Positions 7,430-17,316 of a stretch of DNA of 64,000 nucleotides are shown in pieces. Location: positions 1,791 to 65,790 of the forward strand of contig CAYWRH010000005.1 in NCBI GenBank assembly GCA_964460435.1. The letters run 5' to 3'. Each line of letters opens with the position of its first letter. The first letter of the stretch is position 1. The DNA is from an uncultured Desulfatiglans sp. (GTDB taxonomy: Bacteria > Desulfobacterota > DSM-4660 > Desulfatiglandales > HGW-15). Below the pieces are notes generated by a model, which was not told where the DNA came from, did not search any database, and saw only the letters and a program-made list of their open reading frames with translations. A program made the translations under genes and the position numbers.

Positions 7430-9751
7430 ATGAAAGTACTACTCATGCTATTATTATTACAGGCAGCGGTAACAGCTCAGGAGATTCCTGCATATAAAAA
7501 CAAGGGCCTTCCTGTTGAAGACAGGGTGAATGATCTTGTCCCAAGGATGACCCTTGAAGAAAAGGTGGCCCAGCTTACAAGCACAATGCCTATGCTGGGA
7601 TTTGGCTCCGATGCAAAGACATCATTTGTAGATAAGGATGGCAGGTTTGTCCCTGAAGGCGCTGTAAAATATTTTAAAAATGGTATAGGCCAGATATCAA
7701 GACCGGGGATGAGACTCGGGCCAAAGGAGATGGCCGAGTTTACAAATACCGTGCAGAAATGGATCATGGAAAACACGCGGCTTAATATACCTGTTATGTT
7801 TCATGAGGAGGCCCTGCACGGGCTTGCCACCTCAAAGGCAACCTCTTTTCCGCAGGCAATTGCCCTTGCATCCACATGGAACCCTGGCCTGGTGCATGAG
7901 GTTTTTACTGTAACAGCCCTTGAGACAAGATCAAGGGGGGCGCAGCAGGTGCTTGCCCCTGTGCTTGATATAGTTCGGGACCCCAGATGGGGCAGGACAG
8001 AGGAGACCTACGGAGAAGACCCTTATCTCGCCTCAAGGATAGGGGTTGCCGCTGTGTCGGGCTTTCAGGGAGACTCCGCATTTATTGACAAGAGGCATGT
8101 GATTGCAACAGGAAAACATTTTGCCGTGCACGGCCAGCCTGAAAACGGCACAAATGTCGGGCCTGCAAATTATTCTGAAAGGGTTATAAGGGAATATTTT
8201 CTCAAACCCTTTGAGGCGGCTGTCAAAGAGGCAAATCTTGAAAGCATCATGCCATCCTACAATGAAGTAGACGGCATTCCGTCCCATGCGAACACCTGGC
8301 TCATTGATGGCATATTACGGCAGGAATGGGGCTTTAAGGGCCATACAGTATCTGACTATTACGGCATCAAGGAGTTAAAGGAAAAACATTTTGTTGCCGC
8401 ATCAAAGGAGGAGGCAGCAAGGCAGGCGATTGAGGCGGGTGTGGATATAGAACTCCCCTACACCGAGATGTATGATGTGCTGATCGAACTTGTAAACAGG
8501 GGTGTGGTATCAGAGGGTGCAATAGACAGATGTGTGAAAAGGGTGCTAAGGTCAAAATTCATCACAGGCCTTTTTGATGACCCTTATGTTGACCCTGATT
8601 ATGCGGAAAGGGTCTATCAAAACCCTGAACACAGGGCGCTTGCATTAAGGGCCGCAAGGGAGGCAATAATCCTATTAAAGAATGAAAATAATCTTCTCCC
8701 CCTTTCAAGGGATAAATATAAAAGGATTGCCGTAATAGGCCCTAATGCAAAGGGTGTTCACCTTGGAAACTACAGCGGGTTTCCTGAGGGTGGTGTTGAT
8801 ATCCTTCAGGGGATAAAGAACAAATTAGCTTCAGGTCAGGAGGTGATCTATGCTGAAGGCTGCAAAATTACAGAGACCGATTCGACTGTATTTACCTTTG
8901 AAGATCCGAAACCCGCTGACCCGGTAAAAAATCAGGAACGCATAAAGGAGGCGGTTAAGGCGGCAAAGAAAGCCGATGTGATAATACTTGCACTCGGCGG
9001 AAACGAATTCACATCACGCGAGGCATGGATAGGCCACCTTGGCGACAGGGACAGCCTTGAGCTTTTGGGTAACCAGAATGACCTGGTAAAGGAGATGCTG
9101 AATCTCAATAAGCCTGTTATAGTATTCCTTATTCACGGGAGGCCCAATTCCATTAACTATATAGATGATAATGTGCCGGCCATCCTTGAGGGGTGGTATC
9201 TGGGGCAGGAGGGCGGAAACGCAGTTGCAGATGTCATTTTCGGGGAATATAACCCTGGCGGCAGACTGCCATTATCAGTGCCCAGGTCTGTTGGCCAGCT
9301 GCCTGTCTATTACAACCATAAACCCACTGCGCGCCGCGGGTATGTGGGCTCAACACCCAAACCCCTTTATCCATTCGGCTGGGGCAAAAGCTATACAACA
9401 TTCAGGTATGACGGGATTAAACTCTCATCTGACAAGATAGGCACAATGGGAAAAACAGTGGCATCTGTAAGTGTCACAAACACAGGCAAACTGAGGGGTG
9501 ATGAGGTGGTTCAGCTCTATATAAGAGATGAGGCAAGCTCTGTCACAAGGCCTGTCAAGGAGCTTAAAGGTTTCAGGCGCATCTCCATTGAACCTTATGA
9601 GACAAAGATCATTGAATTTGCAATAGGGCCGGAAGAGCTCTCCTTTTTGAATCGTGATATGCACAGGGTTGTGGAGCCTGGAAGGTTTAAGATAATGGCA
9701 GGGGGAAATTCCGAGGAGTTAATCGAAGCAACATTAACGGTTATTGAATAA
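7430..9751 (+). CDS. glycoside hydrolase family 3 (beta-glucosidase/BglX-like), secreted
   Basis: GH3 nucleophile motif GFKGHTVSDYYG and GH3-typical N- and C-terminal domains. ATG 7430 gives the signal peptide MKVLLMLLLLQAAVTAQ and has an AGGAG RBS. The listed TTG 7394 is less likely. Confidence 0.9.
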   Translation: MKVLLMLLLLQAAVTAQEIPAYKNKGLPVEDRVNDLVPRMTLEEKVAQLTSTMPMLGFGSDAKTSFVDKDGRFVPEGAVKYFKNGIGQISRPGMRLGPKEMAEFTNTVQKWIMENTRLNIPVMFHEEALHGLATSKATSFPQAIALASTWNPGLVHEVFTVTALETRSRGAQQVLAPVLDIVRDPRWGRTEETYGEDPYLASRIGVAAVSGFQGDSAFIDKRHVIATGKHFAVHGQPENGTNVGPANYSERVIREYFLKPFEAAVKEANLESIMPSYNEVDGIPSHANTWLIDGILRQEWGFKGHTVSDYYGIKELKEKHFVAASKEEAARQAIEAGVDIELPYTEMYDVLIELVNRGVVSEGAIDRCVKRVLRSKFITGLFDDPYVDPDYAERVYQNPEHRALALRAAREAIILLKNENNLLPLSRDKYKRIAVIGPNAKGVHLGNYSGFPEGGVDILQGIKNKLASGQEVIYAEGCKITETDSTVFTFEDPKPADPVKNQERIKEAVKAAKKADVIILALGGNEFTSREAWIGHLGDRDSLELLGNQNDLVKEMLNLNKPVIVFLIHGRPNSINYIDDNVPAILEGWYLGQEGGNAVADVIFGEYNPGGRLPLSVPRSVGQLPVYYNHKPTARRGYVGSTPKPLYPFGWGKSYTTFRYDGIKLSSDKIGTMGKTVASVSVTNTGKLRGDEVVQLYIRDEASSVTRPVKELKGFRRISIEPYETKIIEFAIGPEELSFLNRDMHRVVEPGRFKIMAGGNSEELIEATLTVIE

Positions 9752-9767
9752 AAAGCGGAGGCAAAAT

Positions 9768-10574
9768 ATGGGTGAACTTGAAAAGATAAATAAATACAGC
9801 ATTGAGATGGAGGGGCTTTTACGGTTAAAAACACCTCCCATAGGTGTCAGATTTATAAAAAGTGAAGATGAGATACCTGAAAATGCATTCAGGCCAAAAA
9901 GGGATAAAGGCATTCATCTTGCGCAGTGCCAGGCATTTGCAATGTCAAGGCGTGAGGGTGAGACTGTCGCTATTCTGAAAGAGGACCAGTATTGCTGGGC
10001 CCCCCTTGTTGCATACGGGTTTGCCTCCCCTGATGTAATTGATGCAGGCATCAATGATGCCCCTGATTCTCTGAAGGGAATCCTTAAATGGACAAGGGAA
10101 CTTGCAGATGCGCTCCCGTCGCTGACGACCGGGGAATATGTCGGGATATTATCTGCCCCTCTATCAAAAACGCAGTTTATGCCTGATGTAATATTGATCT
10201 ACCTTAACAATGGCCAGTTGAGAAGCGCGCTTATGGCTCTAAAATTTGCACGGGGTGAATACCATGTGGAGTCTGATATTGAGCCATTTGACTCCTGTGT
10301 CTATTCTGTGGTGCCTGTATTCCTGAATGGAAATTACAGGGTCACATTCCCTGATCCGGGCGAATATGAAAGGGCATTAACCGATGAAGACAAGGTTATT
10401 TTTTCAATGCCTGTTAAAAGAATTGATGAATTTATTGATGCATTAAGGCAGGTAGAGCGCATGGGCCAGGGTTATACAGGCCTGAAAAAGTGGATGCAGC
10501 CTGATTTTAAACGGCCTGAATTCTATGAATATATTTTTAAAAATGCTGGGCTTGATGTGAACAGCAAAGCGTAA
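9768..10574 (+). CDS. DUF169-like protein
   Basis: Size and the N-terminal PPIGVRFIK motif resemble DUF169, from memory. ATG 9768 with GGAGG 8 nt upstream is preferred over the listed TTG 9744. Confidence 0.45.
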   Translation: MGELEKINKYSIEMEGLLRLKTPPIGVRFIKSEDEIPENAFRPKRDKGIHLAQCQAFAMSRREGETVAILKEDQYCWAPLVAYGFASPDVIDAGINDAPDSLKGILKWTRELADALPSLTTGEYVGILSAPLSKTQFMPDVILIYLNNGQLRSALMALKFARGEYHVESDIEPFDSCVYSVVPVFLNGNYRVTFPDPGEYERALTDEDKVIFSMPVKRIDEFIDALRQVERMGQGYTGLKKWMQPDFKRPEFYEYIFKNAGLDVNSKA

Positions 10575-10669
10575 TATTTCTTGTTTTGGGATCAACAGAC
10601 TGCCTGAACCTGCAAGCATATCTTATCAGCGTTCAGGCAAATCAGGGCCAGTTGTATATCTGATCATTT

Positions 10670-12490
10670 ATGGGGCTTCTCATCAAAAAAATATCAATAA
10701 TACCCGGCGCCTCTTCGGTCATATTTCATTCACTCTTTATTATAATTTTATTATGTATGGTATTTAAATGCAGCTATGGCCTCTGTAAAGAAGAAGCTGT
10801 ATATAAGGTTGAGTTCAGAGGGATAAAAAATAATGAGATACTGAACCCTGTTCGCGGCCTCTCCAGGACTCTTCATTTGTCATCAAGGCCAACTGGTTCG
10901 ATGAGCATGCTCAGAAAGAGGGTAAGTGAAGATATAGCTCTATTTCAAAGATTCCTCAAGTCAGAGGGTTACTTCAAGGCTGAAATCAAGGAAAGCATAG
11001 ATACAAATAAAAACCCCTGGTTAATTACATTTTATTTTACCCTCAACAGAAGATTTATACTTGAATCGGTGGATATTGTTTTTCATGATGATGGAAATAT
11101 GGATATCAAAACAGTTGATCTGCCCCAAATAGGGGTTGTATTGAAAAGGCCATACCGCTCAAAGGTTATTCTTGATGGTGAACAAAGACTCCTACTTCTT
11201 TTAAAGGGAGAGGGTTTTCCCTATCCAGTTGTGGAAAAGAGAGAGATAGTTGCAGATCATGACAGCGAGACGGTAAGGGTGCAGTTTTTAATAAACCCTG
11301 GCAGGAGGGCCAGATTTGGCAAAACCTCATTCAGCGGGCAAACAGACGTTGATCCGGGATTTCTGTTAAGACTTGTCCCGTGGAAAGAGGGAGATATATA
11401 TGATCCGGAACTTCTTAAAAAATATTATTCAGAACTCATGAATCTCGGCCTCTTTTCAATAGTAAGGATTACAGAAAAAAAGGGCGAGACAGAAGAGGAG
11501 CTTAATGTCCAGGTCGAGGTCACCGAGCGCAAGCACAGCACTGTGAGCGCTGGAGTGAGCTACCATACAGATGAGGGGCCTGGTTTAAAATTCTCATGGG
11601 AGAACAGAAACCTTTTAAGTCATGGTGAAAGGCTTGGCCTGAATATTATCCTGTCAGACTATGCTGTGACAGCGGAGAGCAGCTTCAAGAAGCCACTGTT
11701 TATTAGAAAGGGTCAGTCGCTGCGGTTTTCCATTCAAAAAGCCTATGAGGACCCTGACGCATATACAAGCGACAGCTTTTCAGGGTCAGCCTTTATTGAG
11801 AGAGAACTGTCAGAAAAGCTGGATACAGGCCTGGGCCTTACATACAAGTGGTCAGAGATAGACCAGCTTGGTATTGTAAAAAGTTACTCCCAGATATCTT
11901 TGCCCCTGCACCTCGCTATTGATACCGGTGATGACCTGCTTGACCCTGTAAAGGGCAGCAGGCTGTCAATCAAGATCACCCCCTTTTATGAGCTCTCCCG
12001 TGAATCCCTGTTCTTTAATAAAGGGGTAATAAATTTAAGACATTATCTCAAGATGATGGATGATCCTGTTTCTGTGCTGGCCGGGAGCATAACATTTGGG
12101 ATAATCAAGGGCGCCGGTCATAATGAGATCCCTGCCACTGAAAGGTTTTATGCAGGAGGAGGCGGATCAGTAAGGGGTTATCCATTTCAGTCTGTAGGCC
12201 CTTTATCAGGCGCAACGCCGCTTGGTGGAAAGTCTTTACTTGAGATGTCGCTCGAATCAAGATGGAGGCTCACAAAAAATATGGGGCTTGTCCTGTTTCT
12301 TGATGGGGGAAGCGCCTTTACTGAAAGGCCGTTTGGCAATCATGAGACGGTCAAATGGGGAACAGGCGCGGGCTTCAGATACTTCACACCCATTGGCCCC
12401 TTAAGGCTTGATATCGGCATCCCCCTTGATAAAAGGGATGGGATTGACAACTCCTTTCAGCTCTATATCAGTCTGGGGCAGGCATTTTAA
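10670..12490 (+). CDS. tamA: Omp85-family outer-membrane protein, TamA-like
   Basis: The N-terminus is POTRA-like. The C-terminal beta-barrel has a GGGGSVRGY motif and ends in an aromatic residue (SLGQAF). The gene lies directly upstream of the tamB-like gene. Confidence 0.75.
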   Translation: MGLLIKKISIIPGASSVIFHSLFIIILLCMVFKCSYGLCKEEAVYKVEFRGIKNNEILNPVRGLSRTLHLSSRPTGSMSMLRKRVSEDIALFQRFLKSEGYFKAEIKESIDTNKNPWLITFYFTLNRRFILESVDIVFHDDGNMDIKTVDLPQIGVVLKRPYRSKVILDGEQRLLLLLKGEGFPYPVVEKREIVADHDSETVRVQFLINPGRRARFGKTSFSGQTDVDPGFLLRLVPWKEGDIYDPELLKKYYSELMNLGLFSIVRITEKKGETEEELNVQVEVTERKHSTVSAGVSYHTDEGPGLKFSWENRNLLSHGERLGLNIILSDYAVTAESSFKKPLFIRKGQSLRFSIQKAYEDPDAYTSDSFSGSAFIERELSEKLDTGLGLTYKWSEIDQLGIVKSYSQISLPLHLAIDTGDDLLDPVKGSRLSIKITPFYELSRESLFFNKGVINLRHYLKMMDDPVSVLAGSITFGIIKGAGHNEIPATERFYAGGGGSVRGYPFQSVGPLSGATPLGGKSLLEMSLESRWRLTKNMGLVLFLDGGSAFTERPFGNHETVKWGTGAGFRYFTPIGPLRLDIGIPLDKRDGIDNSFQLYISLGQAF

Positions 12491-12505
12491 AAGGATATTA
12501 CTGGT

Positions 12506-13063
12506 ATGAAGATATCAGGGAGATACATAATATTGAAGAGGGCCGCAGGGTATGGGGTGCTCCTTATCTCTGTGGCTGTTTTTGTCTGCATGCTCATTTT
12601 TGCCATGATGCAGACAGAATATTTCAAAGGGGTTTCTGTTAACCTGCTCAACAGATATATCCTTTCAGGACACGCTGTCAGGCTTGAAGCCGGTAACATA
12701 AAGGGTGTGTTGCCCTTTGATTTTATTATCAGCGAGCTTGAGATTTATGACATGGAGGGCAGATGGATGCGCCTTGGCGGGTGTTCCGTGCGTATTCTTC
12801 CCTCCAGGCTTCTTGCCGGACGCCTTTACATAAAAAAGATCAATGTTGACAAGGTTGTTTTAGAACGGTTGCCCCGCAGGGCTAATGCCGGCAGAAAAGA
12901 GAGACTGGAAGGCTTTACTATACCATACTTTCCTTCATGGTTAACTGTCGAGGATATCCAGGCCCTCCATATAGACCTCAATAAAACCATTCTGGGTGAG
13001 CCATCTCAATACTCTCTATCTGGCGGCATTAAAGGCACAGGTTTAAAAGGGGCACATCCTTAA
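12506..13063 (+). CDS. tamB: TamB-like translocation/assembly module protein, N-terminal fragment (frame 2)
   Basis: An N-terminal anchor helix is followed by TamB-like sequence. The frame ends at TAA 13061-13063, while frame 1 is open from 13033. Confidence 0.7.
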   Translation: MKISGRYIILKRAAGYGVLLISVAVFVCMLIFAMMQTEYFKGVSVNLLNRYILSGHAVRLEAGNIKGVLPFDFIISELEIYDMEGRWMRLGGCSVRILPSRLLAGRLYIKKINVDKVVLERLPRRANAGRKERLEGFTIPYFPSWLTVEDIQALHIDLNKTILGEPSQYSLSGGIKGTGLKGAHP

Positions 13064-16000
13064 ACCTTGAATTAACCGGCACCAGAGGCCATGCCGGCTC
13101 CCTTTTATTCAGCTCCCTGATCAACAACAACAGCAAATATCTTGAGGCGCGGCTAGCTGTAAGAGACCCTGGCAGGGGCCTGCTTTACTCTCTTACCGGC
13201 GCGGGCATTGATTTCAGCCTTGATTTTGAGGGGAAGGGCGCCTTTTCAGCTTTTGATGGCAGACTCAGTGCATCAAGCGGCGATACAGGGGTCATAACCT
13301 CTGACATACGGGCTGAGTTCAAAAAGGATTACAGGTTTAATCTATCAGGGGAGTTTAAACCTGTTGATTCACTTGTAAGGGATCTGAATATCCGCATATC
13401 TTCTGCTGTTGATTTCAGGATAGATGCAGGGCTGACACACAAAAAGGAGATACTCTTTAATACCCTTGAAATAAGAACAGATGGTATGGCATCAGGTTAC
13501 CGGGGCGCATTTACCCCGGCGGATCTTTCAGCTGCAGGGGATTTTCATCTGGATATCAGGGATACTGGAGCTCTTGGCCATTTTATGAGGGGGTACACTG
13601 CTTACGGGCTAAAAGTTGAAGGCAGTCTAAAGGGTAAACTGTTCCGGCCACTTATTGATCTGACTTATCGCATTGCTGAACTTGCAGATAAAGAAACAAG
13701 ACTCCTTGATATTGAAGGAACAGGGCAGATGAGCTTTACTGATGAAAAAAATCATGCAGCTCAAACAGCCTTATCCGGGAGCGGTTCCATTAATGATATC
13801 CTGATTGTTTCAGGAGATAAAAGATACCATGATAAAAAGGTCTCATACCAACTCAGGCTGCTTAACAGGGCCGGCAGTAAAATTGAAGCAGAAATGGTCA
13901 GGATTGAATCAAAAAATACCACCCTTATTGCATCAGGAGATATGAATTTCAGCAATAATGATCTGTTTCTTAAAGGTGAACTCGGTTTGCATGACCTTGA
14001 TACACTGTCAGGCTTAATGAAGGAAAAGATCACGGGCTCAGGTGAAATTGTATTTACGCTCCGCAGAGATAATAATATTTTTTCAGCCACTGTGGATGGT
14101 GATATTAACCGGTTTTCATATAAAGGCATTGGGGCAGACAGGGTCTATGTCCGGTTCAACGGAAGGTACAGGGATAATAAAGGTGATGGAAAAATATCAG
14201 CACAGGTAAAAAGGGGGGAACACAGTCTGAATATTATCTCCGGGCTTACCCTCTCAGACAGGGATATATTATTTGAGAGGATTGACATATCTGGCCTTGA
14301 GACCAGAATTAACGGGAATATCAACTTTAGCAGGGTGAAACATTTATTAAACGGCATGATTTATGTTTCAGCGGATGATCTCTCGGAAATAACCTCCCTG
14401 TCAGGCTATAATTTAACAGGCACAGCATCAGGAGAGATTCTATTCAGCGAGGAAAGGGGTGCCCAGAAAGCAGGATTTCAGCTCTCTGCAAGGAATGTGG
14501 GGTATAGAGAGAACCTTATTGAGAGTGTAGATATAACAGGCCATGTATCGGATATCTTCGGCTCTCCCTGTTTCATGCTCAAGGCATCTCTCAGTGAATA
14601 TAAATATAGGGGAGCTGAGCTTGAAACAGCAGATATAACTGCCAGCGGAAAAAAAGATGATGCCCGCATTCTTGTTAAAGGCAGGGCTCTTGCCCCGCTT
14701 GAAACACTCTTTGATGCAGAGGCTGCATTTGCTGTTACTGACAGAGAAAAAGAGATCGGAATTACCGCCCTTATGGCCTCATTTGGCGATGCCAGTATAA
14801 CACTTTTAGAACCTTTGATACTGCGCTATGCAAATGATGAGGCGCTCATCCGGAAGATCAGTATTGGTGTTGATACAGGAAAAATCACAGGGTCAATTGG
14901 TTATTCCACAGGCAAAATGCATGGCGACATTCACATTGAAAAGATACCGCTTTCCCTCCTTTCGCTTGCAGGCCTAAATGATCTGGAGGGCGCGATGGAT
15001 GGGAAGATCACTATTGGCGGCACACCTGTCATGCCTGATTTATCGGGGAATCTGTATATAAGAGGAGCCAGAATTAGGGAGATAGAAAAGGGCAGGATTC
15101 CACCTGTTGATATAAGCGCATCTTTTCTGGCAAATAACAGCTCCCTCACAGGAGAGCTCAGCCTTTATGGAATATCCGGCACCACCATTAAAGGCATGAT
15201 GATGGTCCCATGCAATTTTTCCATCTATCCATTCATGTTTTATACTGATGATTTTGCCCCGCTAAATGGAGGCCTGAAAGGGGAGATTGACCTGTCAGTT
15301 ATCACATCGCTATTTGATATACACGATCAGACGGTCAGGGGGAGGCTTCTTGCTGATTTTGAAATAAACGGGCTCTACACCTCTCCTCTTATAACAGGCA
15401 GGGCAACTTTTAGAGACGGGGTCTATGAGAACAGAGGCATGGGCATAAACCTTCACAATATCAGGGCTGATATGTCTGCGGACAGGGGCCTGATTATTGC
15501 CCAGCATATTTCAGCGGATGACGGATCAAAGGGAAAAGTGACAGGAAGCGGCCAGATCACCTTTGATACATTGAAAAGTTTCAGGTATAACCTCTCCCTC
15601 TCTCTTAAAGAGATGAGTTATAGCGGTAATGATATGCTAAGCATCACTGCCGGTGGCAAGGCAGAGATATCCGGGACAGCCGGTGAACACACCATCTCGG
15701 GCAGTCTAAATATTGAAAAGGCAGAGATACAGATCCCTGAAAAGCTGCCATATGCAATCACCGAACTTGAAATCAGGGAGATCAATATAAATAACATTCC
15801 AGAAACTAAAAAGATCAGCGTTCACCCTTTAAAGGGCAGGATCAATTATAATGTGTCGGTGTCAGGCAGCAGCAGGATCTATATATACGGAAGGGGCCTG
15901 GAATCAGAATGGAAGGGCGGTCTTGATATAAAAGGCACAGCAGATGCCCCTGTTTTTGGCGGGGAGCTTGCCCTTGTAAGGGGAAATTACAATTTTCTTT

Positions 16001-16548
16001 CAAGGCCTTTTATACTTACCAGGGGAACAATCAATTTTTCAGGGAAATCGCCTCCTGATCCCTATTTTGATGTCACTGGCAGGGCAGTCAATAATAATAT
16101 CTCTGCCTATATAAACCTGAAAGGGAACATGAAATCGCCGGTTTTCACGCTCTATTCAGAACCTGCCCTGCCGCAGGATGAAATTATGGCAAGGATACTT
16201 TTTAACAGAGAGGTATCTCAGATTACACCATTACAGGCGTTACAGCTTGCTGGCGCTGTGAATGAGCTCTTGGGCAGAAAGAGTTTTGACCCCCTGGCAT
16301 ATACCCGGAATCTCATAGGGGTGGACTGGCTTCAGGTAAAGCAGTCAGAAGAGAGCCCGGGTGAATCTGCCTTAAGCGCAGGGAAATATCTTGGAGATAG
16401 CATTTATGTGGAAGTTGAAAAGGGGATTAGCGCTGAAAGCGGAAAGGTTTCAATCAGATGGGAGCTTTCACCCGCCATAACTGTCGATACAAGTGTCGGG
16501 GAAAATGCTGATACGGAAATGGGCATTAATGTGAAGCATGACTATTAG
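13033..16548 (+). CDS. tamB: TamB-like protein, remainder (frame 1; first ATG only at 13486)
   Basis: Frame 1 is open from 13033 with no ATG, GTG or TTG before 13486. The body is a repetitive beta-rich sequence. The DUF490-like C-terminus reads GKYLGDSIYVEVEKG...INVKHDY. Confidence 0.75.
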   Translation, partial: RHRFKRGTSLNLELTGTRGHAGSLLFSSLINNNSKYLEARLAVRDPGRGLLYSLTGAGIDFSLDFEGKGAFSAFDGRLSASSGDTGVITSDIRAEFKKDYRFNLSGEFKPVDSLVRDLNIRISSAVDFRIDAGLTHKKEILFNTLEIRTDGMASGYRGAFTPADLSAAGDFHLDIRDTGALGHFMRGYTAYGLKVEGSLKGKLFRPLIDLTYRIAELADKETRLLDIEGTGQMSFTDEKNHAAQTALSGSGSINDILIVSGDKRYHDKKVSYQLRLLNRAGSKIEAEMVRIESKNTTLIASGDMNFSNNDLFLKGELGLHDLDTLSGLMKEKITGSGEIVFTLRRDNNIFSATVDGDINRFSYKGIGADRVYVRFNGRYRDNKGDGKISAQVKRGEHSLNIISGLTLSDRDILFERIDISGLETRINGNINFSRVKHLLNGMIYVSADDLSEITSLSGYNLTGTASGEILFSEERGAQKAGFQLSARNVGYRENLIESVDITGHVSDIFGSPCFMLKASLSEYKYRGAELETADITASGKKDDARILVKGRALAPLETLFDAEAAFAVTDREKEIGITALMASFGDASITLLEPLILRYANDEALIRKISIGVDTGKITGSIGYSTGKMHGDIHIEKIPLSLLSLAGLNDLEGAMDGKITIGGTPVMPDLSGNLYIRGARIREIEKGRIPPVDISASFLANNSSLTGELSLYGISGTTIKGMMMVPCNFSIYPFMFYTDDFAPLNGGLKGEIDLSVITSLFDIHDQTVRGRLLADFEINGLYTSPLITGRATFRDGVYENRGMGINLHNIRADMSADRGLIIAQHISADDGSKGKVTGSGQITFDTLKSFRYNLSLSLKEMSYSGNDMLSITAGGKAEISGTAGEHTISGSLNIEKAEIQIPEKLPYAITELEIREININNIPETKKISVHPLKGRINYNVSVSGSSRIYIYGRGLESEWKGGLDIKGTADAPVFGGELALVRGNYNFLSRPFILTRGTINFSGKSPPDPYFDVTGRAVNNNISAYINLKGNMKSPVFTLYSEPALPQDEIMARILFNREVSQITPLQALQLAGAVNELLGRKSFDPLAYTRNLIGVDWLQVKQSEESPGESALSAGKYLGDSIYVEVEKGISAESGKVSIRWELSPAITVDTSVGENADTEMGINVKHDY

Positions 16549-16639
16549 GGCAACAACAATTATTAAGCGAAATTTATTGACTGGCATATTTATATTCATT
16601 AAGTTTCCACTAAAATTTTATTTTAGCATGATATAAACC

Positions 16640-17197
16640 ATGATATGGAATTCCAGAACTGCCTATTTAAAAAGACAGTTAAAATATTTTTATCTCAGGC
16701 TGCTGCATCTCAAGGGCGAGCCACATGAGCTTGCGCTTGGTATGGCTATAGGTATCTTTGCCGGCATGATGCCGATACTCCCCTTTCAGATTGCCCTTGC
16801 TGTGGCTATTGCACTCTGTTTCAGGGCAAGCAAGATAACTGCCGCAATCGGGACATGGATAAGTAACCCTTTTAATTGGTACTTTGTATACCTCCTGGAT
16901 TACAAAATCGGCTCCTATCTGCTGGGCCTTGAGGGCGGGCATGAAATTATAAAGAAGATAATGGCTGCAATTAATCGCCATGATGAGGTATCGGTTATCT
17001 GGAATACCCTTTTTTCTTCAGGTTTTGAAATTGGTTCAGCGCTTTTAATAGGGGGTATTATAACCGGCCTTGTTGCCTGCGTGCCTTCCTATTTTATCTC
17101 TTTATGGATATTCCAGAAGGTGAAGATCTGGAGGGAGAAGAGAAAAGAAAAAAAGTCTGCCAGAACAAACCGGAGAATGAGGGGAGATAAACGCTGA
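16640..17197 (+). CDS. DUF2062-like membrane protein
   Basis: The motif GEPHELALGMAIGIFAGMMPILPFQ and several TM helices are typical of DUF2062, from memory. Confidence 0.55.
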   Translation: MIWNSRTAYLKRQLKYFYLRLLHLKGEPHELALGMAIGIFAGMMPILPFQIALAVAIALCFRASKITAAIGTWISNPFNWYFVYLLDYKIGSYLLGLEGGHEIIKKIMAAINRHDEVSVIWNTLFSSGFEIGSALLIGGIITGLVACVPSYFISLWIFQKVKIWREKRKEKKSARTNRRMRGDKR

Positions 17198-17316
17198 ACA
17201 AATCACCATGTGGCAGGGGGGGGGCTTCATATAAACCGGCAAATAAAGAAGGTATTGAATCATACTTTGGCATGTAATATAGTCTCTGAGGTTTTCATTC
17301 TACAGGAGGTCTTCTC

